32,000 nucleotides of DNA from an uncultured bacterium (GTDB lineage Bacteria > GCA-001730085): NCBI GenBank assembly GCA_964565945.1, contig CAZMGY010000010.1:1-32000 (forward strand), in the 5' to 3' direction. The notes under the pieces were generated by a model. That model was not told the DNA's origin. It searched no databases and was given only the letters and a program-made list of their open reading frames with translations. Both the position numbers and the translations under genes were made by a program. Below, one piece after another: positions 1 to 7,070 of this stretch. Positions within the stretch are counted from its first letter, which is position 1. Each line of letters opens with the position of its first letter.

Positions 1-16
1 GAGGGGCTTTTTTATT
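1..16. terminator. Possible distal half of an intrinsic terminator cut by the window edge
   Basis: GAGGGGC followed by T6 (gaggggcttttttatt) at the window start. The complementary arm would lie outside the window, so the hairpin cannot be verified. It lies just beyond the stop of the minus-strand peroxiredoxin gene. Confidence 0.25.
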
Positions 17-34
17 GCTTCAGGGAGAGCTCTT

Positions 35-625
35 TTAAGCATTTGCAAAATAAGCTTCCAAACCTTCTTGATTAGGTTTCATAGATGTTTCGCCTGTTTT
101 CCAGTTAGCAGGACAAACTTCGCCGTTCTTTTCAAAGAACTGCAGGGCATCAACCATACGCAAAGCTTCATCAATATTACGACCCAAAGGAAGATCATTC
201 ACAACTTGATGGCGCACAACGCCTTCAGTATCAATTAAGAAAAGACCACGATAAGAAGCAGCTAATCCATCAACCAAAACATCATAAGCTTTAGAGATCT
301 CTTTATTGAAATCCGAAAGAATAGGGTAAGTTACACCTTCGATACCCCCCTTGTTTTTAGGTGTGTTCAACCAAGCCACGTGAGAAAACCATGAGTCAAC
401 AGAACAACCCACAACTTGAACATTGCGTTTTTCAAAATCCGCCAATTTGGACTGAAATGCATGCAACTCCGTAGGGCAAACAAAGGTGAAATCCAAAGGA
501 TAGAAGAAAAGCACAACATGCTTTCCTTTCAAATCCGACAACTTGTAAGAGTCGACAACTTCATTACCATTGACAACCGCTTTCACATCAAACTCAGGGG
601 CTTGCTTTCCAACTAATACTCCCAT
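35..625 (-). CDS. Typical 2-Cys peroxiredoxin (AhpC/Prx1 subfamily)
   Basis: 196-aa ORF with peroxidatic Cys motif FTFVCPTE and resolving Cys EVCPANW. It lies 15 nt downstream of the SOD gene on the same strand. Confidence 0.93.
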   Translation of the reverse strand: MGVLVGKQAPEFDVKAVVNGNEVVDSYKLSDLKGKHVVLFFYPLDFTFVCPTELHAFQSKLADFEKRNVQVVGCSVDSWFSHVAWLNTPKNKGGIEGVTYPILSDFNKEISKAYDVLVDGLAASYRGLFLIDTEGVVRHQVVNDLPLGRNIDEALRMVDALQFFEKNGEVCPANWKTGETSMKPNQEGLEAYFANA

Positions 626-640
626 AGGAGACTCCTTTCT

Positions 641-1264
641 TTAGTTAACAACTTTTCTTGGGGATGTTTTAAAACGTGCAGCCACTTTATCCCAATTAAC
701 AACACTCCAGAAAGCTTTAATCCAATCTGGACGCACATTTTTGTATTGCAAGTAATAGGTATGCTCCCACACATCAATCGTGAGCAAAGGTGTTTGTCCT
801 AACGACAAAGGGCACACTTGATCATGAGTGGTGGTCACTTCCAACTTATCTTGAGAATTTACCACCAACCAGGCCCAGCCAGATCCAAAGTGAGTAGCCG
901 CCTTGGTGCTAAACGTTTCTTGAAACGCTTTAAATGAACCAAAAGCACCCGTAATTGCGTCGGACAAAGCTCCTTCAGGGGCACTGCCACCATTAGGAGC
1001 CATAGACTCCCAAAAAAATGTGTGATTGTAATAGCCCCCACCATTGTTAATCACAGCCGTTCTTTTGTCATCTGCAATGCTATTTAGACTTGTCAAAATG
1101 TCTTCAATTGCTTGACCAGCAACACCCGCTGTTTTAGCTGCAGCATTCAACTTATCGGTATAAGTTTGATGATGTTTGCCATGATGAACACGCAGTGTTT
1201 CCTCATTATAATGAGGTTCAAGCGCATTATAATCATAAGGAAGATCAGGTAACGTAAAGACCAT
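641..1264 (-). CDS. Fe/Mn-family superoxide dismutase
   Basis: 207-aa ORF with family motifs HHGKHH, NNGGGYYNH and DVWEHTYY. Metal specificity cannot be decided by eye. Confidence 0.93.
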   Translation of the reverse strand: MVFTLPDLPYDYNALEPHYNEETLRVHHGKHHQTYTDKLNAAAKTAGVAGQAIEDILTSLNSIADDKRTAVINNGGGYYNHTFFWESMAPNGGSAPEGALSDAITGAFGSFKAFQETFSTKAATHFGSGWAWLVVNSQDKLEVTTTHDQVCPLSLGQTPLLTIDVWEHTYYLQYKNVRPDWIKAFWSVVNWDKVAARFKTSPRKVVN

Positions 1265-1448
1265 TGTCTTCTCCTTTATGTTTGTACTGATTCAATTCTA
1301 TATTAACCCTGCTTGCAGGGAGTAATATCTGTTCCCATGTCTTAAATTCTTAATCATAGTTAATTGCACAGCCTTTGTCAAGCAAAGTTACGGTTAGGCT
1401 ATTCTCTTGAGTGATAAGTCTTGGCAGAAGAAGATCCCTTACAGTACA

Positions 1449-2399
1449 ATGGCTCTTATGGAAAAGGCCGTTAAATTTCTTAAAATCATAGGCAATGGGC
1501 CAAAGTCAAATCGTGATTACACATGTCAAGAAGCGTTTAATCTAATGCAAGCCTTGATCGACGGAGATATTTTTAGCGACGCCCAGCTAGGGGCCTTGTT
1601 GTTGATGATGCGACGAAAAACCACCACAGCCGACGAGCTCAAAGGTTTTCTTGATGCCTGGGAAGATCGTTTTCCGCCGCAAGATCGTTGGTCCCAACAA
1701 ATGAGTCTTTTACTCGCCAACCCATTTGATGGCAAAAAGCGCTCGATTGCCCTATCTTCCTTAGCCGCCTGTTCGTTGGTGAAACAAGGTATTCCCGTGG
1801 TCATTGGAGGCGTGGATCGTTTAGGCCCCAAGTTTGGCGCCACGGAGCAACAACTTTTTCAAGCCAGCAAAACCCACAAACTGCCTATCGATCAAAAATA
1901 CCACCCAGTCCTGTGGGATGCTTGTGAACTTTATCCTTTTTATCGGCCCTTGATCAAGTTACGCAATCAACTTGGCTTCCGCAGCTTTTTGCATACCATC
2001 GAAAAATGCGTCAATCCTTACAAAGCAACCCATGCCATTTTAACCTTGCATCACGATCCCTATATTGAGCGTTTCATCCATATGGCTCAAACCCGTTTTG
2101 AAAGTGCCACACTTCTGTTTGGAGAAGAAGGCAGTGCCGACCTTTGCTGGAAAAAGCCCACTCGCTACATTCGAGTGACAGGCGATATCATCGAAGACGG
2201 TCAAATCGACCCTGCCGAATGGCAACTGCCCCAGCTATGCTCTCAACGACCTGGCGGTGTCGAAAACACTATAGCCTTTTGGACAACAGCACTCACAGAC
2301 CCCCAAAGCTCCGAAGCGGTATGGCTTCAAGCCCAAACAGCTCTTTTACGATTTGCCTTAGGCGAAGGTCAACACCCTTACGAGCTCTTCACAAGATAA
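1449..2399 (+). CDS. YbiB/TrpD2-like protein (glycosyl transferase family 3 fold, not a canonical TrpD)
   Basis: The ORF is open from TTG 1407. I place the start at ATG 1449 by comparison with my recollection of the E. coli YbiB N-terminus. IIGNGPKSNRDYT...DAQLGALLLMMRRKTTTADELKGF and NPFDGKKRS...GIPVVIGG parallel YbiB. There are no trp genes nearby. Confidence 0.7.
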   Translation: MALMEKAVKFLKIIGNGPKSNRDYTCQEAFNLMQALIDGDIFSDAQLGALLLMMRRKTTTADELKGFLDAWEDRFPPQDRWSQQMSLLLANPFDGKKRSIALSSLAACSLVKQGIPVVIGGVDRLGPKFGATEQQLFQASKTHKLPIDQKYHPVLWDACELYPFYRPLIKLRNQLGFRSFLHTIEKCVNPYKATHAILTLHHDPYIERFIHMAQTRFESATLLFGEEGSADLCWKKPTRYIRVTGDIIEDGQIDPAEWQLPQLCSQRPGGVENTIAFWTTALTDPQSSEAVWLQAQTALLRFALGEGQHPYELFTR

Positions 2400-2595
2400 A
2401 GCGCTACAACGGTGGTAAGGTGAGTCCGATTATGAGCCTTTTTTTTTGGGGGGGGGGATTCTAAGCCTCAGCCAAAGAGCCCGAGGAACCAACAGCTCAT
2501 CCAGGGACTTTAAGAGAAATCTAGCCCCCTACATACAGGTCAAGACTTTAATTTGTACCAAGTGCAAGTTGAAGCTCAGGCCTAAAAAAGAAGAT

Positions 2596-3975
2596 TTAAG
2601 ATTTTTTGAATTCCGCCACAAGACTTTGCAAGGTTTGCTTGGCATCACCAAAAATCATCGCCGTGTTGTCTTTGAAAAAGAGGGGATTTTCCAGGCCCGA
2701 AAACCCTGAGGCCATCGAGCGTTTGAGTACATACACGGTTTGGGCATGATCAACATTGATCACAGGCATGCCATAAATAGGTGAACTTTCATCTTCACGT
2801 GCCGAAGGATTCACCACATCGTTGGCCCCAATCACAAGAGCTACATCGACAGATGCAATTTTGTCATTCATTTCATCCATATCAATCAACTGCTCATAAG
2901 GCACATTGGCTTCGGCCAACAACACATTCATGTGCCCAGGCATTCGGCCTGCCACTGGATGAATTGCATACACAACTTCGGCGCCATTGTCTTCGAGAAT
3001 CTTACCTAATTCATGCACCACATGCTGAGCCTGAGCCACAGCTAAACCATAACCAGGAATCACTGCAACAGTTTGAGCGGCTTCGAGCACATAATAAGCA
3101 TCTTCGGGGCTAACACTTTTGGCCTCTTGTTGGATACTTCCCTTTGACCCAGAAGAATTACCGCCACCAAAACCTCCAAGTAAAACATTCGATAAAGAGC
3201 GATTCATTGCCTTACACATAATAGTTGTTAAGATAAGACCACTAGCTCCAACTAAAGCTCCCGATACAATAAGTAAATTATTTTGAAGTGCAAATCCAGC
3301 AGAAGCTGCTGCTAAGCCCGAATAACTATTCAATAACGAAATGACAACTGGCATGTCAGCGCCACCAATCGGCAATACCATTCCTTTGCCTAAACCTAAA
3401 GCAAGCAATAAGGCCACGTAAAATATCCAAGGATTCTGCAGAGGGTTTTGAGCAAATATCAGACCCAAAACTAATAGCGCCATTAAAATAAGAAAATTCA
3501 CAAAGCGCTGTCCCCAAAAAGTGATGGGACGTGTAGCGACTATACCACTGAGCTTGCCCCAAGCCACGCAGCTTCCCGTGAAAGTTAACGCACCAATCAA
3601 AACAGCCAAATACACCATAGCTGCGGTAAAAGGATCATTTAAGCTTCCTTGCTCAAAAGCGGCCCATCCCACGCACAAACTAGCCAAACCTCCAAAACCA
3701 TTAAACAGCGCCACCATTTCAGGCATGGCCGTCATTGCTACCATACGTGCAACTACTGTGCCTATAAGACTACCCACAACAACCCCTAAGGCAATCCAAC
3801 GATAATCTAAGATATCTTGATGTAGCAAGGTTACAATAACAGCTAAAAACATACCTAAAGCTGAAAGCAAATTGCCTTTACGTGCGGTGAGAGGTTTACC
3901 TAGTTTTTTAAGCCCTAAAATAAATAGAGCAGCACTGACCAAGTACACTATGCTAATCACAATATTCATCGACAT
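2596..3975 (-). CDS. pntB: NAD(P) transhydrogenase subunit beta
   Basis: 459-aa polytopic N-terminal part plus C-terminal NADP(H) domain (GYGLAVAQAQH, HPVAGRMPGHMNVLLAEA, VIGANDVVNP). It is the last gene of the pnt cluster. Confidence 0.95.
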   Translation of the reverse strand: MSMNIVISIVYLVSAALFILGLKKLGKPLTARKGNLLSALGMFLAVIVTLLHQDILDYRWIALGVVVGSLIGTVVARMVAMTAMPEMVALFNGFGGLASLCVGWAAFEQGSLNDPFTAAMVYLAVLIGALTFTGSCVAWGKLSGIVATRPITFWGQRFVNFLILMALLVLGLIFAQNPLQNPWIFYVALLLALGLGKGMVLPIGGADMPVVISLLNSYSGLAAASAGFALQNNLLIVSGALVGASGLILTTIMCKAMNRSLSNVLLGGFGGGNSSGSKGSIQQEAKSVSPEDAYYVLEAAQTVAVIPGYGLAVAQAQHVVHELGKILEDNGAEVVYAIHPVAGRMPGHMNVLLAEANVPYEQLIDMDEMNDKIASVDVALVIGANDVVNPSAREDESSPIYGMPVINVDHAQTVYVLKRSMASGFSGLENPLFFKDNTAMIFGDAKQTLQSLVAEFKKS

Positions 3976-4006
3976 ATTACTTATTTCCTCTTACTTAACA
4001 TAAAGA

Positions 4007-4300
4007 TTACGCTTCTTTGGCTTTAAACATCGACAACATCCTATGTGTAACAAGGTAGCCTCCCACCACATTGATGGTAGCAAACACAACCGCCAAAGTG
4101 CCTAAAATCACACTCCATTTCGACCCAGAGGTTTGCCCCGCGGCCACCATTGCACCAATCAAGGTAATTCCCGAAATAGCATTTGCGCCAGACATTAAAG
4201 GCGTATGCAAAGTGGAAGGAACCTTAACAATCAATTCAAATCCTAAAAAAATCGACAGCATCAAAATGAACGCTAAAAAAATAATCGTTTGCGCATCCAT
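4007..4300 (-). CDS. pntAB: NAD(P) transhydrogenase subunit alpha part 2 (membrane part)
   Basis: 97-aa hydrophobic ORF between pntAA and pntB, as in split-alpha transhydrogenases. Confidence 0.9.
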   Translation of the reverse strand: MDAQTIIFLAFILMLSIFLGFELIVKVPSTLHTPLMSGANAISGITLIGAMVAAGQTSGSKWSVILGTLAVVFATINVVGGYLVTHRMLSMFKAKEA

Positions 4301-4311
4301 TGCGTTTCTCC

Positions 4312-5430
4312 TTAGTCAAAAGTTCGTACAACTTGGCCTTGGTGCGTTAGCACAGCCTGCAACATAATTTCATCATCAGCCACATAAGATATTTTGAGAG
4401 CCTCTTTATCCCAAAAGTGAGATACAAAATGATAAAGATTAGATGCATACATCTCACTTGTGGGTAAGGGCACACGCCCTGGCAAGTTCCCATAGCCAAT
4501 AATTTTTACCCCATTCACATCAATCAACTGATCAGGCTTAGAACCAACCACATTGCCGCCAGTTTCGGCCGCCATATCAACAACCACTGAACCAGGTTGC
4601 ATTGAGGCCAATATTTCTTCGGTCACAAGCACAGGCGGTTTGCGTCCAAATACTTGAGCCGTTGTAATAACAATATCACTGCTTGCGCACACTTTGGCCA
4701 TGGCTTCGCGCTGCATCTGTAGTTGCTTCTCGGTTAAAGCTTTGGCGTAACCTCCGGCGGTTTGCCCCGTTTCGCCCACATCAATTTTGACAAACTTGGC
4801 GCCTAACGACTGAACCTGCTCTTCGACCACAGGACGCGTGTCATAAGCTTCGACTCGTGCTCCCAAACGTTTAGCCGTTGCAATCGCTTGCAGACCAGCA
4901 ACACCAACACCAATTACAAACACTTTGGCTGGAGAAATGGTTCCAGCCGCGGTTGTCATCATCGGAAAAATCTTTGGCGACTCCTCTGCAGCTAAAATAA
5001 CCGCCATATAACCACCTAAATTAGCTTGCGAACTCAATGCATCCATTTTTTGAGCCAGTGTTGTTCGAGGGATCATTTGCATGCTAACAGAGGTCACACC
5101 TTGAGCTGCCAAAGCTTGAACCAATTCTTGCTGATCAAAAGGACTCAAATAGCTGATATGCCAAGCCCCTTTTTGCACAAGCGCAATCTCATCGGATGGG
5201 GAAGGATGCAACCGTAAAACAATATCGGCCTGCGCTAAAAGCTCCTGGCGGTCGTCGATAACTTTGGCTCCAGCCAATGTAAATGTTTCGTTAGACCAAC
5301 CCAAATGCTGTCCCAACTGACTTTCGACCATAACCTCTGCCCCAAGAGTCGTTAATTTTTTCACCGAATCAGGTGAAGCCGCAATACGTGTCTCTGCAGT
5401 CAAAGCTTCCCAAGGAATAGCAATTTTCAT
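4312..5430 (-). CDS. pntAA: NAD(P) transhydrogenase subunit alpha part 1
   Basis: The ORF is open to 5457, but MKIAIPWE from ATG 5430 matches the usual N-terminus. It has the alanine-dehydrogenase-like fold with NAD-binding GVGVAGLQAIATAKRLGA. Confidence 0.93.
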   Translation of the reverse strand: MKIAIPWEALTAETRIAASPDSVKKLTTLGAEVMVESQLGQHLGWSNETFTLAGAKVIDDRQELLAQADIVLRLHPSPSDEIALVQKGAWHISYLSPFDQQELVQALAAQGVTSVSMQMIPRTTLAQKMDALSSQANLGGYMAVILAAEESPKIFPMMTTAAGTISPAKVFVIGVGVAGLQAIATAKRLGARVEAYDTRPVVEEQVQSLGAKFVKIDVGETGQTAGGYAKALTEKQLQMQREAMAKVCASSDIVITTAQVFGRKPPVLVTEEILASMQPGSVVVDMAAETGGNVVGSKPDQLIDVNGVKIIGYGNLPGRVPLPTSEMYASNLYHFVSHFWDKEALKISYVADDEIMLQAVLTHQGQVVRTFD

Positions 5431-5737
5431 ATAAATCGAACCTTTATTATCTTTCATCTATGACTATAATTATGAATCAATCAAGCACATCTATATCGTA
5501 CCATACCCTATAAGGTATATTTTTATTAGTCATCATGTCAGAGTGTTTTTTATGGCCTACTGAAGAAAATACTTTTGAATATGTAGCTGCTATATTTGTT
5601 TCTGTCTCAATATACAAATCATCAGGGATATTATGAGATCCATCGTGTTGAGTTAGTAGTAAGGTATTGATAAAAGTTGAAACTTTAAGAGCAGTATTGC
5701 TATTTAAAGCAGGGAAGTGGGGGTCAATGGCCTTTTA

Positions 5738-5766
5738 TTATCAAGGCTAAGTGATTGCATTATAAT
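5738..5766 (+). promoter_or_regulatory. Candidate sigma70-type promoter (TTATCA-N17-TATAAT)
   Basis: Consensus -10 TATAAT at 5761-5766. A 4/6 -35 TTATCA at 5738-5743 has a 17-nt spacer. The region is AT-rich, so a chance match is quite possible. Confidence 0.3.
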
Positions 5767-5773
5767 GTGCGGG

Positions 5774-5802
5774 TGCTAACAAGCCTGTACGGGCAGTTAG
5801 AA
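5774..5802 (+). mobile_element. attC-like fragment (R''-spacer ... R' only)
   Basis: TGCTAAC-AAGCC (same spacer as the 6692 site) is followed 10 nt later by GTTAGAA. CTAAC and GTTAG are complementary. It is far too short (29 bp) for a functional attC. Confidence 0.25.
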
Positions 5803-5871
5803 GTTCGTTGGTGGAGGTTGAGTTTATAGTTTAAAATATTCATAAGCACAGAAGTTTGGTTACCTTTGGTG

Positions 5872-5902
5872 TTTTTACCCATTGGGTGAAAAGGTTTTTT
5901 TT
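5872..5902 (+). terminator. Intrinsic terminator-like hairpin plus T8
   Basis: TTTTTACCC (5872-5880) pairs with GGGTGAAAA (5884-5892) as a 9-bp stem with one G-U and a 3-nt loop. GG and T8 (5895-5902) follow. Confidence 0.45.
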
Positions 5903-6009
5903 GTTGAAACCATTATAGCAGTTGGGATTTTTGTGTTTTTTGTTTTCTATTTTTGGATGGGGGTAATTATATTTTGAATCATAATAATAATTATGACCTT
6001 AATAAATAG

Positions 6010-6442
6010 TTATGTGTAAAAAGGAGAATAACAAATGAGCAATATCCAAAGAATAAGTATGCCAAACCCAGTTATATATATTGTTGCATTACTGCTCTTT
6101 ATTGGTGCTGCACCATTACCATATGGCTATTACATGCTTCTTCGGTTAATAGTGTGCGGTGTTTTTGCATGGGCATCTTTTATTACTTATGAGCGAAAAC
6201 ATGAAACATTACCTTGGGTGTACGGAATAGTGGCAATACTTTTTAATCCATTGTTGAAAATACATTTTCCTAAAGAAATTTGGGTGTTAATTGATATCGC
6301 TACTGCTATATTATTACTTTACACACGCAAGGTAATCCAGGTGCAACCAAATGAAAACACATAACAAGTCGTCCAACCTAGCCTTTTTATATGCCGTACC
6401 GCTTCGCTATGCTCTGTATAAAAAGGCCAGTTAACTCAAACG
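6010..6442 (+). mobile_element. Integron-type gene cassette 1 (ORF plus attC)
   Basis: The boundaries are G|TT at 6009|6010 (GTTATGT) and 6442|6443 (GTTATAT). The first six bases TTATGT plus a preceding G are the exact reverse complement of the cassette's own R'' box ACATAAC (6359-6365). The ORF starts 25 nt inside the boundary. Confidence 0.7.
6035..6364 (+). CDS. Small integral membrane protein, DUF6804-like (cassette cargo)
   Basis: 109-aa ORF with AGGAG 8 nt upstream and 3-4 hydrophobic helices. PYGYYMLLRLIVCG ... NPLLKIHFPKEIW matches my recollection of the DUF6804 family (not searched). The stop TAA lies inside the attC R'' box. Confidence 0.8.
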   Translation: MSNIQRISMPNPVIYIVALLLFIGAAPLPYGYYMLLRLIVCGVFAWASFITYERKHETLPWVYGIVAILFNPLLKIHFPKEIWVLIDIATAILLLYTRKVIQVQPNENT

Positions 6443-6448
6443 TTATAT
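6359..6448 (+). mobile_element. attC recombination site 1 (90 bp)
   Basis: The site reads ACATAAC-AAGTC-GTCCAAC-cta-GCCTTTTTATA(6381-6391)-25 nt-TATAAAAAGGC(6417-6427)-cag-TTAACTC-aaac-GTTATAT. That is R''/L''-stem-L'/R' order with an 11-bp perfect central stem. ATAAC and GTTAT are complementary. Confidence 0.75.
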
Positions 6449-6748
6449 TGTAAACAATAAAAAGTACTTTAAAGTCAAAACAAAATTCATTTATCGTTTG
6501 ATACCTTTTAGTTTATTTGGTGCATTAATGAGAAGTGCCAAATAAAAAAAGCAACGCTACACAAATAGTCAGTGCCATGAATGGTGCCAGCCAAATAAAA
6601 GTAAAAAATCAAGTTTAAGTGCAATTCAAAAAAATCAATGATAGCCAGGTAAGTTAAACATTGAAGGTATGTGGTATAGTCTTAGTCCGCAATATAACAA
6701 GCCAATCAACAGCGACCGGCAAAAAGCGTCGTCGCGTTATCTTAAACG
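6443..6748 (+). mobile_element. Integron-type gene cassette 2 (ORF-less)
   Basis: It starts TTATAT. G plus TTATAT is the exact reverse complement of its own R'' ATATAAC (6692-6698). It ends at G6748 of GTTACAA. There is no ORF longer than about 13 codons ahead of the attC. Confidence 0.6.
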
Positions 6749-6754
6749 TTACAA
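6692..6754 (+). mobile_element. attC recombination site 2 (63 bp)
   Basis: The site reads ATATAAC-AAGCC-AATCAAC-AGCGACCGGC-AAAAA-GCGTCGTCGC-GTTATCT-taaac-GTTACAA. GCGAC (6712-6716) pairs with GTCGC (6731-6735). The box order is the same as in site 1. Confidence 0.6.
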
Positions 6755-6791
6755 AACACTTCAATATATTCAAAGATACGAGATTTAGCCG

Positions 6792-7070
6792 CTATTCTGG
6801 TTTGGGTGATATTGTTGGTTTTGAATAGTCAAACCCCATACTGGCCACGATACGCTTCAATGCGTTCAATTTTCTATTCCTATGCCTCTTTTTCTCTAAA
6901 ATTACCTGAATTTGGTATGGGTATATTTTACTGGAGAGGTGTTTTTGAGGGTGTATTTTGCAACGGTCTCGATTTAGGTATTCAAGATCGCTTAATGATG
7001 GACTTATTTGAGCAGCTTGGTCGTATTGACTCCTCTTTGACGCCAGAGCTTGAGGGGCGCGCAAGCTCAC
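6792..7070 (-). CDS. Doubtful basic 92-aa ORF overlapping the ispD stop (GTGA)
   Basis: GTG start overlaps the ispD TGA by 4 nt. I recognise no motifs. A same-phase antisense ORF (6806-7144, plus strand) is equally open, so one or both are shadows. Confidence 0.2.
   Translation of the reverse strand: MSLRAPQALASKRSQYDQAAQISPSLSDLEYLNRDRCKIHPQKHLSSKIYPYQIQVILEKKRHRNRKLNALKRIVASMGFDYSKPTISPKPE

Noticed and set aside
1307-1320. Palindrome CCCTGCTTGCAGGG in the sod / ybiB-like divergent region as an operator (for example a LexA box)
   Set aside because: Six-bp arms at fixed spacing are expected several times by chance in this window. It does not match any LexA or PerR/Fur consensus I know. I keep it only as a note.
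2144-2709. ORFs 2144-2464 and 2446-2709 running through the T9G10 tract, as possible phase-variable genes
   Set aside because: One is nested out of frame in the ybiB-like gene and the other runs antisense into pntB. Neither has an RBS or motifs.
5841-6015. A long (~175 bp) degenerate attC from CATAAG (5841) to GTTATGT (6015) preceding cassette 1
   Set aside because: Only the terminal boxes are weakly complementary. The interior shows no overall imperfect palindrome apart from trivial AT-rich pairings such as TAATTAT/ATAATTA.
6958-6964. TTGCAAC as the R'' box of a third cassette (expected TTGTAAC from the TTACAA start at 6749)
   Set aside because: It has one mismatch and no L'', central stem, L' or R' partner downstream. 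A 6/7 match in about 300 bp is expected by chance fairly often.
6792-7070. Possible integron integrase remnant next to the cassettes
   Set aside because: The 92-aa translation shows none of the tyrosine-recombinase boxes (R...HxxR...Y) and no IntI-like N-terminus. It also lies on the wrong side of the array for an intI/attI arrangement.
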